From positions 24,359 to 88,358 of the IMG/VR virus record IMGVR_UViG_3300033984_000268: DNA of 64,000 bases; one strand, 5' to 3'. The notes below the pieces were generated by a model. That model saw only the letters and a list, made by a program, of their open reading frames with translations, was not told the origin of the DNA and did no database searches. Within the stretch, counting starts at the first letter, position 1; every line of letters begins with the position of its first letter. This stretch comes from a virus. Taxonomy: Duplodnaviria; Caudoviricetes. A program made the translations under genes and the position numbers. Below, piece after piece: positions 40,011-48,181 of the stretch.

Positions 40011-40727
40011 TTAACTTCTGTTGTAAAAACCTGTTAAGTATGAATAATATTGATTGGTTGTCATAATTGTCATATCACATCCATCGCATTTTACAACTAT
40101 ACCTCTTTGAAATAATTGTATAAAAAACGCACTTAACTCTAATTTACTTAATGCAGGTGAAATTGTTTTTAAAAAATTAAGCATTATGCCTAATCCACTT
40201 TTTCCACCAAAAGTTGATGCTTCAACTAATCCATTTTGTATTACAGTATCATCTGCACCAGTTAATTTAACTAATTCTTGAATTGAAGAAACAAAATCAT
40301 TTGAACAACAAGTTGGCGTTTTATCATAAATTATATTATCTTCAATTTGAGATTCAGTTGGTTTAAATTGATTAAAATAATCACCGCGAATCTCCATAGG
40401 TAGTTGATAATTAACACAACATCTATATTTTAAATTTTTATTAAAAGGAGTAGCTTCAGGAACACCATAAGGTAATGTGTTACCTAAACCATTTATTTCA
40501 ATTAAATCATTAAAACGATATGCTGTACCTAAAAAATAAAAACCATTTTTTGAATCACAATCAGGACAACAAAAGTTCGAACTAGATGTAATAGAAATTC
40601 CAGCATCTAAAACTGTATCTAAACTTACAGAAATTGAAACACCATCGGAAACTTTTCCAAATACTTCTTTAATTAAAAACACCAATGGGTTTATGCATGG
40701 TGTTGGTATATTACAATCTACTGACAT
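40011..40727 (-). CDS. Cys-rich putative structural protein (paralogue A)
   Basis: CCPDC..GFYFLG and GIVVKC.GC motifs shared with the adjacent gene. Confidence 0.55.
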   Translation of the reverse strand: MSVDCNIPTPCINPLVFLIKEVFGKVSDGVSISVSLDTVLDAGISITSSSNFCCPDCDSKNGFYFLGTAYRFNDLIEINGLGNTLPYGVPEATPFNKNLKYRCCVNYQLPMEIRGDYFNQFKPTESQIEDNIIYDKTPTCCSNDFVSSIQELVKLTGADDTVIQNGLVEASTFGGKSGLGIMLNFLKTISPALSKLELSAFFIQLFQRGIVVKCDGCDMTIMTTNQYYSYLTGFYNRS

Positions 40728-40737
40728 AATTTTTTAT

Positions 40738-41445
40738 TTAAGAACATGTTTTATCATTATAACCGTTTGCTACAGCCCAAGCATTAAAAGTGTTTGTACT
40801 AGCGATTATAATACCACAATCAAAACATTTAACTACTATACCTAACGTATCAAATAATGCTGTAAATATTGCACTCCATTCTATTTCAGTTATACCTGAA
40901 TATTTTGCAGATATAGATGTTACTAATGTTCCTATAGAAGAAGCGTTTTTTATTGTGTTAAATTCAATTAATCCCATTGATGAAAACAATGCAGGATTAT
41001 TTATCATTTGTCCAAGAATTGCTACATCAGATGTAAAACTGGTATTACAACATTCTGGTTTAATTTTAATATTAGCACTATATATTGCATGAGTTGGTCT
41101 GTCTGCATAAATATTTAAACAACATGGTGCTTTACATGAAATCGAAGTTGTATTAAATTTAAAAGTTACAGACAATGCATTAAATTTAGCTAAACCGCCT
41201 AAAAAATAAAATCCATACCTATCATTACAATCTGGACAACAAAGGCCAGAATCATTTGATGTAATAATACCATTGTTCAATAGCGTTGTAGCTTTTGCAA
41301 TAAAATTATCAAGATCATGATCAACATCAGAGTTATAAATTTGATCTATCAAATACTCTAATGGATGTTTGCAAACAACACAAGAACTTGGAGTTACTGG
41401 AGTGTTACAACACACTGGACTATTTATATTGATTGAATTTCCCAT
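40738..41445 (-). CDS. Cys-rich putative structural protein (paralogue B)
   Basis: CCPDC..GFYFLG and GIVVKCFDC; TAATG coupling to the upstream gene. Confidence 0.55.
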   Translation of the reverse strand: MGNSININSPVCCNTPVTPSSCVVCKHPLEYLIDQIYNSDVDHDLDNFIAKATTLLNNGIITSNDSGLCCPDCNDRYGFYFLGGLAKFNALSVTFKFNTTSISCKAPCCLNIYADRPTHAIYSANIKIKPECCNTSFTSDVAILGQMINNPALFSSMGLIEFNTIKNASSIGTLVTSISAKYSGITEIEWSAIFTALFDTLGIVVKCFDCGIIIASTNTFNAWAVANGYNDKTCS

Positions 41446-41966
41446 TATCCTGTAATTAATGCATCAACTTTAGTTTGTAAATCTAAAATTGAAACTTGCA
41501 TGTTAGCAATAGTTTGATTTTGATTTTGAAGAGTTGTATAAAAGTCACAAACTTTTAATCCAATTAAAGTAACATAATTATTAATTTGTGTTACAGTACC
41601 ACCAGCTTGCGCTTCAAAACAACCAGCTACAACAACTTCACAATCAGGACAACCTGATGCAACAGTTCCAGTAGATGTAGGTGATGCACCGCCAGATTTA
41701 ATTGTACATAATTCATCTAAAATTGCTTGAATTAAATCGATGAATGTTTTTAAGTCGCAAGTATCTGCAATACAAGACGCATCATAATTTGAAACATCTG
41801 TATATGTTAACAACAAACAAATCTTTTCTGCAAATTGTGCCAATACTTCACTAATAGTATCCCCATTACATAATTGTAAAAAAGGAATATCAGGTCCTTG
41901 CCATACTACACAATTGCTTGATGTAGTGACGCATCCTGTTGGTTTTGTATTTGTCGGTCTTCCCAT
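41445..41966 (-). CDS. Cys-rich fibre-base/adaptor-like protein with C-terminal coiled coil
   Basis: SSNCVVWQGPDIPFLQLCNGD motif; C-terminal heptad repeats. Confidence 0.55.
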   Translation of the reverse strand: MGRPTNTKPTGCVTTSSNCVVWQGPDIPFLQLCNGDTISEVLAQFAEKICLLLTYTDVSNYDASCIADTCDLKTFIDLIQAILDELCTIKSGGASPTSTGTVASGCPDCEVVVAGCFEAQAGGTVTQINNYVTLIGLKVCDFYTTLQNQNQTIANMQVSILDLQTKVDALITG

Positions 41967-42002
41967 ACTATAATATAATTAATTTTTTAATAAAAAGCAA
42001 AT

Positions 42003-42641
42003 CTATGGACAACAAATAGAGTTGTCAGTAATTAAATCCAACTTCAAAACTTCCATGTCAATTTTTGCGGATGTGAAATCTGAAGGACAACAAAATTTAA
42101 TTCCAAATTTTAATGTCTGAATTTCTTTAAAAATGACATCTGCAAAAGTACACATAATTGTTTCGACTTTTTCAGGATCTAGTTTATTGTAATCTGGTTC
42201 AGCATAAATAATTTTTTTAGTAACTACCATGCCAGGTTCTTCATATACTGGATCAGGAAGACATTCTGCACAAGTTCCAACAGTTTCTACCTCAACAAAG
42301 TATTCAGCAAAAGGAATGACAGATATACCATCAACTAAACAACCTTCTTCTAACTTGAAACAACCGCAAACAACATTACCACTTTCATCAGTAATAGATG
42401 TAATAACTTTTTCAAGTAAATCATCTGGGTGTACTCCATTAGTTGTACCACTAAAAGAAAATATTGTGGGTTTGCCGCCAACATTACAAGGTTCATTATC
42501 ACAACATTGAACGAGTTGATAATATTCATTGTTATCAGTATTAGTTGTTTCGTCACTAAAAGTGTAATATGTACCAGTGTAGTCCTCTAAATCAAAATAA
42601 AGAAACCTTGGTTGAAACCCTGTAAGTATATCAAGTATCAT
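42003..42641 (-). CDS. Putative tail hub-like protein, Cys-rich
   Basis: C-terminal MCTFAD.I...KFGIKFCC; position corresponds to the crAss-like hub genes (inference from synteny). Confidence 0.45.
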   Translation of the reverse strand: MILDILTGFQPRFLYFDLEDYTGTYYTFSDETTNTDNNEYYQLVQCCDNEPCNVGGKPTIFSFSGTTNGVHPDDLLEKVITSITDESGNVVCGCFKLEEGCLVDGISVIPFAEYFVEVETVGTCAECLPDPVYEEPGMVVTKKIIYAEPDYNKLDPEKVETIMCTFADVIFKEIQTLKFGIKFCCPSDFTSAKIDMEVLKLDLITDNSICCP

Positions 42642-42811
42642 TATTGTTTGGTTTTAACAGTTGGTACAACTGGCTGTGCAGGTTGTACTGGAGTATTTTG
42701 AGAATTGTACAAATTAACGCATACAGAACAACATTGTGCTCCGTTTAATGCTACTACTAAATAAGAACCACCGCAAGTACAAGTACCGCAATTTGAACAT
42801 GAAACTGCCAT
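42641..42811 (-). CDS. Small Cys-rich protein (56 aa), not in the ORF track
   Basis: Manual translation MAVSCSNCGTCTCGGSYLVVALNGAQCCSVCVNLYNSQNTPVQPAQPVVPTVKTKQ; fills the gap exactly and has TAATG overlap with the next gene. Confidence 0.8.
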   Translation of the reverse strand: MAVSCSNCGTCTCGGSYLVVALNGAQCCSVCVNLYNSQNTPVQPAQPVVPTVKTKQ

Positions 42812-42813
42812 AA

Positions 42814-43374
42814 TTAAAATATTTTACATGAAAAAGCATCTAATAATTTTTTAGCATAGTTAAATATAACCATACCTTTTTCTGCATCTAAGCAATATTC
42901 AACACTTGCTTTTGCTGCATCTATATATCCACTGATGCGCATTAAGTCTTTAAACTTTGCATCTGTTTCCGCACCTGGTTCACAAGCACCTAATTGTAAT
43001 TTACATAACTCTGCTTTCAGTTGTTTTTTGATTGCAGTTGTGCGTAAATGATTATACTCTACGTACAATTGTTCATTTGGTGATATAGAATATTTAATTA
43101 CATAAACCCCATCAGGAAGTTCACTAAATAAAACACCGCAGTTTGTACCTTGTAGTTTTAATTCACATGCAGTTAGATTAAAGATAAATCCTTTTTGTAC
43201 TACTATAGGAACAGTGGTAGTGTTAAATTCCACACAATCTTTAAACCCAGGAACTAACACTTGAAGTGTAGGGCAAAGGTAGGGCATAATTGGTTCATAC
43301 CAACTTGTATCTTCAATTCGAAGGATGCAATCCGTTTGAATATCAGGAATATTTAAACTTAATTTATTTGTCAT
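42814..43374 (-). CDS. Putative tail hub-like protein
   Basis: Start re-assigned to ATG 43374 (MTNKLSL) because the track extension runs through a terminator; LPDGVYVIKYSISP motif; synteny. Confidence 0.5.
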   Translation of the reverse strand: MTNKLSLNIPDIQTDCILRIEDTSWYEPIMPYLCPTLQVLVPGFKDCVEFNTTTVPIVVQKGFIFNLTACELKLQGTNCGVLFSELPDGVYVIKYSISPNEQLYVEYNHLRTTAIKKQLKAELCKLQLGACEPGAETDAKFKDLMRISGYIDAAKASVEYCLDAEKGMVIFNYAKKLLDAFSCKIF

Positions 43375-43386
43375 AACGTCAAAGTT

Positions 43387-43426
43387 AAAAAAAAAGGAGA
43401 ATAGAGAAACCTCCATCCTCCTTTTT
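43387..43426 (-). terminator. Intrinsic terminator
   Basis: AAAAAGGAGGATGGAG-GTTT-CTCTATTCTCCTTTTTTTTT, with G-U pairs on the minus strand. Confidence 0.8.
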
Positions 43427-43449
43427 ATGAAGAAACTTAATTGTAATTC

Positions 43450-44970
43450 TTACAATGCAGCAGCAGTAAATGTTGCATGAGCAAATGTTTCTAAAGCAAC
43501 ACCTTGTCCAGCAGCAGTTAACCATGCAGCCATAAATGTTTCGAAATCTGTAGCAGCTCCAGAAGCAGTTGGTACATAGATAACCAATGAATATTGATCA
43601 TCATCATAAACACTTGATGGATTATTACGACGAGGAACTACGTGTTGAATTACGTAACGTGTGTATAACACATTAGGAATTGCAGTAAACAATTGATCTC
43701 CTTGATTAATTTGACGCAATCTTACATCATCATGGAAATGATTTTGTAAATAAGACTCATCTAAGATAACGTCTTTCAATACAGTTCTACCAAAACCTTG
43801 ACCAGCAAATCCAGCAAATTCTTCTTGAACACAAATACCTTTGAAGTCACATGGAAGACCAGTTAAATCTGTCAAAGATGCTTTGATTCTTACAATCTCT
43901 CTTTCTTGGAAATCAGATTTTTGGAAAGAACAAGTTCCAAATTCAGTATCGATGTAAGCACCAACTAAACGTAAACCAGCAACTTTACCAGCAACGTGAG
44001 CTACAGGAACGTATGCATCCATTAATGCCAAAGTATCTAATTTAACACCAGCTTCAGTATAAACGATAGGTTGGATAAAGTCTTTCAAGAATACATCATT
44101 CATGATTTGTTTAGCCCAATCAATCATTACTGTTGTAGAATCAACAGCAGAAGGAACCGCACCATTTGCACAACATCCTGTGTAAGCAGCTAATGTTCTA
44201 TAAGCATCATGATTTAACAATCTTAACACTGGAGAACCATACAAGTCTAATCTCAAGTTATATGTTTCACCACATAAGAAATCAAAGTTTGCACAAGAAG
44301 GAGCAACAGTCAATGTGATTGTTGGAGCAGTTGTTGCTGTATAGCCAGCAAGAGCATTTGTAGGTATTGTTAATACGTTGGTAGAAACATACGCACCATT
44401 TCCTCTATCGCGCACAACAACTGCAGTAATAATACCACCAGCAACAGTAACGTCAACAGTTAATCCAGTACCAGCACCACCAGTTGTTGGTAAGTCTTGG
44501 AATGTACCATTCGTAGTGATTGTACCACCAGTTGTGATTGCAGCAACAATGTTATCTAAATTTGTTGCACCAATATGAACAATATTTTGTTCAGCTGCAG
44601 CACCAACAACTTTAAAGAATTTGTTAATGTGCAAAGGATTAATCAATTTTGATTTGTTTGCTTCATTGTATCCACCATGGAAAGGACCGATTTTGTCATC
44701 TTTCATTAACGAACTAGCCGCTAAATGTAATGGAACCGCTCTACCACCAACAACACCTGTTAAAACAGATTTGAAAGTTTTTGGATCAAAGAAACCATAA
44801 GCTCCTGCGCCTAATCCATAGGGAGCAGCAGATTTTGATAAACTTCTTGTGTGAACACCAGCTTCGATTACGAAACCGTTGTTTAATGCTACAGTCGTGT
44901 TAGCAACTGATGCTTGAGTACCCTTTGAGCCTACAAAAGACTTGCGAAAGGATGAATTGAAATAACTCAT
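43450..44970 (-). CDS. Auxiliary capsid / abundant structural protein (506 aa)
   Basis: SKLINP..I.KF and CGETYNLRLDL.GSP motifs; MCP-like codon bias; own promoter motif and terminator; synteny with the crAss-like auxiliary capsid gene. Confidence 0.6.
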   Translation of the reverse strand: MSYFNSSFRKSFVGSKGTQASVANTTVALNNGFVIEAGVHTRSLSKSAAPYGLGAGAYGFFDPKTFKSVLTGVVGGRAVPLHLAASSLMKDDKIGPFHGGYNEANKSKLINPLHINKFFKVVGAAAEQNIVHIGATNLDNIVAAITTGGTITTNGTFQDLPTTGGAGTGLTVDVTVAGGIITAVVVRDRGNGAYVSTNVLTIPTNALAGYTATTAPTITLTVAPSCANFDFLCGETYNLRLDLYGSPVLRLLNHDAYRTLAAYTGCCANGAVPSAVDSTTVMIDWAKQIMNDVFLKDFIQPIVYTEAGVKLDTLALMDAYVPVAHVAGKVAGLRLVGAYIDTEFGTCSFQKSDFQEREIVRIKASLTDLTGLPCDFKGICVQEEFAGFAGQGFGRTVLKDVILDESYLQNHFHDDVRLRQINQGDQLFTAIPNVLYTRYVIQHVVPRRNNPSSVYDDDQYSLVIYVPTASGAATDFETFMAAWLTAAGQGVALETFAHATFTAAAL

Positions 44971-45047
44971 TTTTTACAGTTTTTAATTATTAAATAATAC
45001 ATTAAGTAAATAATATACAAAATGTTTTTCAAAAATGCAAGACTTTC

Positions 45048-45191
45048 TTAACATTTATTTTTTGATGATCCGCCCATTGATTTTTTAGGCATTGCTTTTT
45101 TTGCTCCAGCCTTTGCTGGTGCGGCTTTCTTCGCCCATGGTGGAACCCATGCTCCTTTTGCAGGTGCGGCTTTTTTCTTTGCTACTGCCAT
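45048..45191 (-). CDS. Small Lys/Ala/Pro-rich basic protein (47 aa), not in the ORF track
   Basis: Manual translation MAVAKKKAAPAKGAWVPPWAKKAAPAKAGAKKAMPKKSMGGSSKNKC; A-rich leader; no acidic residues. Confidence 0.75.
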   Translation of the reverse strand: MAVAKKKAAPAKGAWVPPWAKKAAPAKAGAKKAMPKKSMGGSSKNKC

Positions 45192-45218
45192 TTTTATTTA
45201 TATTTATTGATTACACGA

Positions 45219-45920
45219 TTAATTATTTTGCTCTACTGATTGTTCAGCAATTTGATTTGCTGTAATGCTTTCAATATCTCCTGTGATGATTTTTACACAT
45301 TCATCAATTAGTAATTCAATTACATCATCTTTAAATTCACATTCAACTTCTTCTAAAGAAGGTTGTGTGGTGTAAGGATCCACTGTTCCTAAAATTTGAA
45401 TTCTTCTTGGTTGTTTAAAGTATGTTAGCACTATGTCCTGAACATCAAATTTATTGTTGGTATATATTTTAATTACATTACCACCCATTGTACAAAAAGT
45501 TTCAGCCCATTGAAAGTTTGGATTTTTATTTACATCACGTAATAATTCATCCACGTTTCCTTCTTCAGCTAAATAAATCATAGCAGGTCTTGGTTCACAA
45601 CAGTCTGCTTTCATTTTAGCACTTATCCTTTTCCACTGGAAATAATCTTTAGGAAAAGAGTTTGATGCATAGTACCCATCTTTCTTTCCAAACTGCATAG
45701 AAAGAGTTGTAAGTAATACTTGAATATCATCTATACGTCTATTTGAAGATTCATTTCCAGTTTTTGTAAGATTGGTTCCTTGAATTTGTCTTCGACACCA
45801 ACCAACCATACCTTTGTTAAATGCTTCTACGATTTGCCAGTCCATGATGTTATCATAGTCATTACTAGCAAGTTTATTCATTCGCTGTTTAACCTTTACT
45901 TTGATTACTGAATTTTTCAT
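45219..45920 (-). CDS. Tail ring / head-tail connector protein
   Basis: ESSNRRIDDIQVL, P.FQWAET and LTYFKQP motifs; synteny. Confidence 0.6.
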   Translation of the reverse strand: MKNSVIKVKVKQRMNKLASNDYDNIMDWQIVEAFNKGMVGWCRRQIQGTNLTKTGNESSNRRIDDIQVLLTTLSMQFGKKDGYYASNSFPKDYFQWKRISAKMKADCCEPRPAMIYLAEEGNVDELLRDVNKNPNFQWAETFCTMGGNVIKIYTNNKFDVQDIVLTYFKQPRRIQILGTVDPYTTQPSLEEVECEFKDDVIELLIDECVKIITGDIESITANQIAEQSVEQNN

Positions 45921-46084
45921 CCTTTAACCTTTTTTAAATTTGGATTTTTCTTTTTTGCAGCAGGTGATGATTTACGTGCAGATGATGCTAATATTGCACC
46001 AGCACTTTCCATTGATACACCTTGTTTAGATGCAATGTTTTTTTGTGCTGCTTTAAAACCCATTCCTTTTTTAACTTTTGCCAT
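45917..46084 (-). CDS. Small basic protein (55 aa), not in the ORF track
   Basis: MAKVKKGMGFKAAQKNIASKQGVSMESAGAILASSARKSSPAAKKKNPNLKKVKG; TAATG and ATGA overlaps with both neighbours. Confidence 0.8.
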   Translation of the reverse strand: MAKVKKGMGFKAAQKNIASKQGVSMESAGAILASSARKSSPAAKKKNPNLKKVKG

Positions 46085-46365
46085 TACTTTTTCTTTTTAT
46101 GTGCGCTATCTTTCATAATTTTACCGTTAGGCATTACATGGCTTCCTTTAGGCACTTTAGGATTATCTTTATGCCATTTCTTACTAGCAGATTCACCATG
46201 TTTAATTGTTTTAGATCCAGCTTTTTTAGTTAGATTAATTGTATCTGACTTTCCATTACTTGAACTAGGATGGTTCACCATAATATCACCAACCTTACCT
46301 TTACCGCTTTTAGTGGTTTTTTTATAAACTCTGTGTTTTTCACCACCAGTTGTTATTGTTGCCAT
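46084..46365 (-). CDS. Small Lys/His-rich basic protein (93 aa)
   Basis: ORF track; ends PKGSHVMPNGKIMKDSAHKKKK. Confidence 0.7.
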   Translation of the reverse strand: MATITTGGEKHRVYKKTTKSGKGKVGDIMVNHPSSSNGKSDTINLTKKAGSKTIKHGESASKKWHKDNPKVPKGSHVMPNGKIMKDSAHKKKK

Positions 46366-46367
46366 AA

Positions 46368-46493
46368 CTATTTCTTTTTAGAAGCAGGTTTTTTTATATT
46401 ACGACCAATCATCATTCCTGCTTGAAAAGATTTTTTAACCTTTTCTGCACACTCTGATTTCTTTGAACTTGTGGTAGTTTTTGTCTTTGCCAT
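46368..46493 (-). CDS. Small basic protein (41 aa), not in the ORF track
   Basis: MAKTKTTTSSKKSECAEKVKKSFQAGMMIGRNIKKPASKKK; TAATG overlap with the upstream gene; fills the gap. Confidence 0.7.
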   Translation of the reverse strand: MAKTKTTTSSKKSECAEKVKKSFQAGMMIGRNIKKPASKKK

Positions 46494-46780
46494 TACTTTT
46501 TCTTTTTATGTGTATTTGCAAAATTTCTTGCTGCTTCTTTACTACCAAATCCCCATGCTTTTAATGCAAGTTTTAATCTTGTAGGTTCACCATTTGGTTT
46601 CTTTTCTGGACCAGCCATACCACCAAACCTTGCTGCAAAACTAACCCTTCTTGGATTAGTTCCTGATTTAACAGGTGCTTTAAGGTTAGAGCCTTCCGCT
46701 TTCGCAGAAGCTCTACCTTTAGCATTTAATCCACCATTAGGATTCTTTCCTTCTTTTCTTGTCCAAGCTGGAGTAGCCAT
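46493..46780 (-). CDS. Small basic phage protein (AWTRKEGKNP.GGLN.KGR family, possibly DUF6321-like)
   Basis: Recognisable widespread phage motif W.RKEGKNP.GGLNAKGR...RR.SF.AR; family name is from memory. Confidence 0.65.
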   Translation of the reverse strand: MATPAWTRKEGKNPNGGLNAKGRASAKAEGSNLKAPVKSGTNPRRVSFAARFGGMAGPEKKPNGEPTRLKLALKAWGFGSKEAARNFANTHKKKK

Positions 46781-46786
46781 ATCAAT

Positions 46787-47782
46787 TTATTTAGCCCATA
46801 ATGCTTCAACTCTGGCCATCAATTTGTCCAGGATGTCTTCATTTAATGGATTATTTAAAAATTCTAAAACATCCGCACTGTTTCTTCCAAGCATTATGTT
46901 TTCAGTTTCTTCATATAAAACACCATCCGCTTTAACGATAATGTATTTATGGAAAGATGCATCTTTAATAATTGCTTTCAATTTAAGTACATCATGTGAC
47001 ATTTCTGCATGTTCAATAAACAATGAAGCACAACGCTTTTTATCACTGTCGTATGACAATCCTTGTATATATGAATCCAAGTTAGAATAAACTGTATCAG
47101 GCAATGTTCTATTGCTATACTGAATACTATCTTTAACAATGTTTTTAGCAATGTAATATAGTTTTCTTGGATCTTCATCAGACAAAGTATTCAATAAAGC
47201 CAAAGCTTTATTTTTCAATTTAACTGAAGAAACTTTATTAGCCATAGTATCGATTTGTCTATCTAAATACCATTTCTTTTTATTTCTTTTACAGTCTTCC
47301 CAACTTGTTGCCACTAATGAAAAACCACCATTTTCAATTCCTTTGATGATAAGTAAATGGTCAAGGTTATTTGCAGGATCTAAATAAACGTCATCGTTTC
47401 CTAATTTCAATAACACTTTGCTCCAAATTTCAGAATTGTTTGGTCCAAACATTTCTACCTTACTCCAAAAGTCTTTGTCGTCAACATCAATATGATTAAA
47501 CGCTCTTTCTCTTTCAAGCATAGCAACCGTTTCTCTAATGTCTTTAATAACAGCTTTCTTTTTAGCTTCATCAGTGATTTGTTTAATCTCTGGTGCAAAC
47601 TCATACAATCCGTTCAAATAACGAATCTTACCGTTTTGTTCTATTGCTGCAAGTGGTTCCACTTGAAACGTGTTGGGGAAAACTACATAGTTATAGTTCT
47701 CTAAACCCATATTCTCTACATCAGGATCGCTAAATGGTTTGATAGCGATTTTTCCCAATGCTCCTAAATTTTTTGTACTCAT
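46787..47782 (-). CDS. Conserved crAss-like protein downstream of the MCP (function unknown)
   Basis: 331 aa ORF; position and C-terminal LGRN..DVLEFL.NPLNEDIL resemble the conserved capsid-module gene. Confidence 0.55.
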   Translation of the reverse strand: MSTKNLGALGKIAIKPFSDPDVENMGLENYNYVVFPNTFQVEPLAAIEQNGKIRYLNGLYEFAPEIKQITDEAKKKAVIKDIRETVAMLERERAFNHIDVDDKDFWSKVEMFGPNNSEIWSKVLLKLGNDDVYLDPANNLDHLLIIKGIENGGFSLVATSWEDCKRNKKKWYLDRQIDTMANKVSSVKLKNKALALLNTLSDEDPRKLYYIAKNIVKDSIQYSNRTLPDTVYSNLDSYIQGLSYDSDKKRCASLFIEHAEMSHDVLKLKAIIKDASFHKYIIVKADGVLYEETENIMLGRNSADVLEFLNNPLNEDILDKLMARVEALWAK

Positions 47783-47807
47783 GTTCGTTGGTTTAATTTT
47801 GTACTGA

Positions 47808-47815
47808 CAAATTTA
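47808..47815 (-). promoter_or_regulatory. Bacteroidota sigma-A-type -7 element (TAAATTTG)
   Basis: Matches TAnnTTTG; intergenic, 25 nt upstream of the ATG. Confidence 0.5.
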
Positions 47816-47817
47816 AT

Positions 47818-47845
47818 AAAAAACAGCTTCCGAAGAAGCTGCTTT
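47818..47845 (-). terminator. Intrinsic terminator
   Basis: CAGCTTC-TTCG-GAAGCTG-TTTTTT, cUUCGg tetraloop. Confidence 0.8.
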
Positions 47846-47850
47846 GCAAT

Positions 47851-48117
47851 TTATGATAATGCTGCGATTATCAAATTTAATTTTGTTTCAATCAAAACTA
47901 AATTTGCATTAACCGTAGTAATAGTTTGTGCAACTGTTGCACCTGTTGCTACAGGAGTTAAAGTTACTGCACCAGCTGCTTTTACAGCTCCATTTGCAGC
48001 ATTAATTTGATCCATTAAGCTGTTCAAATGTGCTAATCTTGCGAATTCAAATGTTTCGAAATCTGCAGTTTTTAAAACAGTTGGCGTTTTTAACGCGTTT
48101 AATTTTACTAAAGACAT
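47851..48117 (-). CDS. Putative head fibre / capsid decoration protein (88 aa)
   Basis: Directly after the MCP; short helical protein with C-terminal KLNLIIAAL coiled coil like head-fibre tips. Confidence 0.45.
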   Translation of the reverse strand: MSLVKLNALKTPTVLKTADFETFEFARLAHLNSLMDQINAANGAVKAAGAVTLTPVATGATVAQTITTVNANLVLIETKLNLIIAALS

Positions 48118-48130
48118 AATAATTAAGTTT

Positions 48131-48166
48131 AAAAAAAAGGAACTGGTGGTTACCAGCTCCTTCTTT
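48131..48166 (-). terminator. Intrinsic terminator after the MCP gene
   Basis: AAGGAGCTGGT-AACC-ACCAGTTCCTT-TTTTTT. Confidence 0.8.
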
Positions 48167-48181
48167 TAGTGAATATTCTAA

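Noticed and set aside
43375-43416. N-terminal extension MEVSLFSFFFNFDV of the 200-aa ORF
   Set aside because: It is the translation of a terminator hairpin and U-tract; ATG 43374 is the better start.
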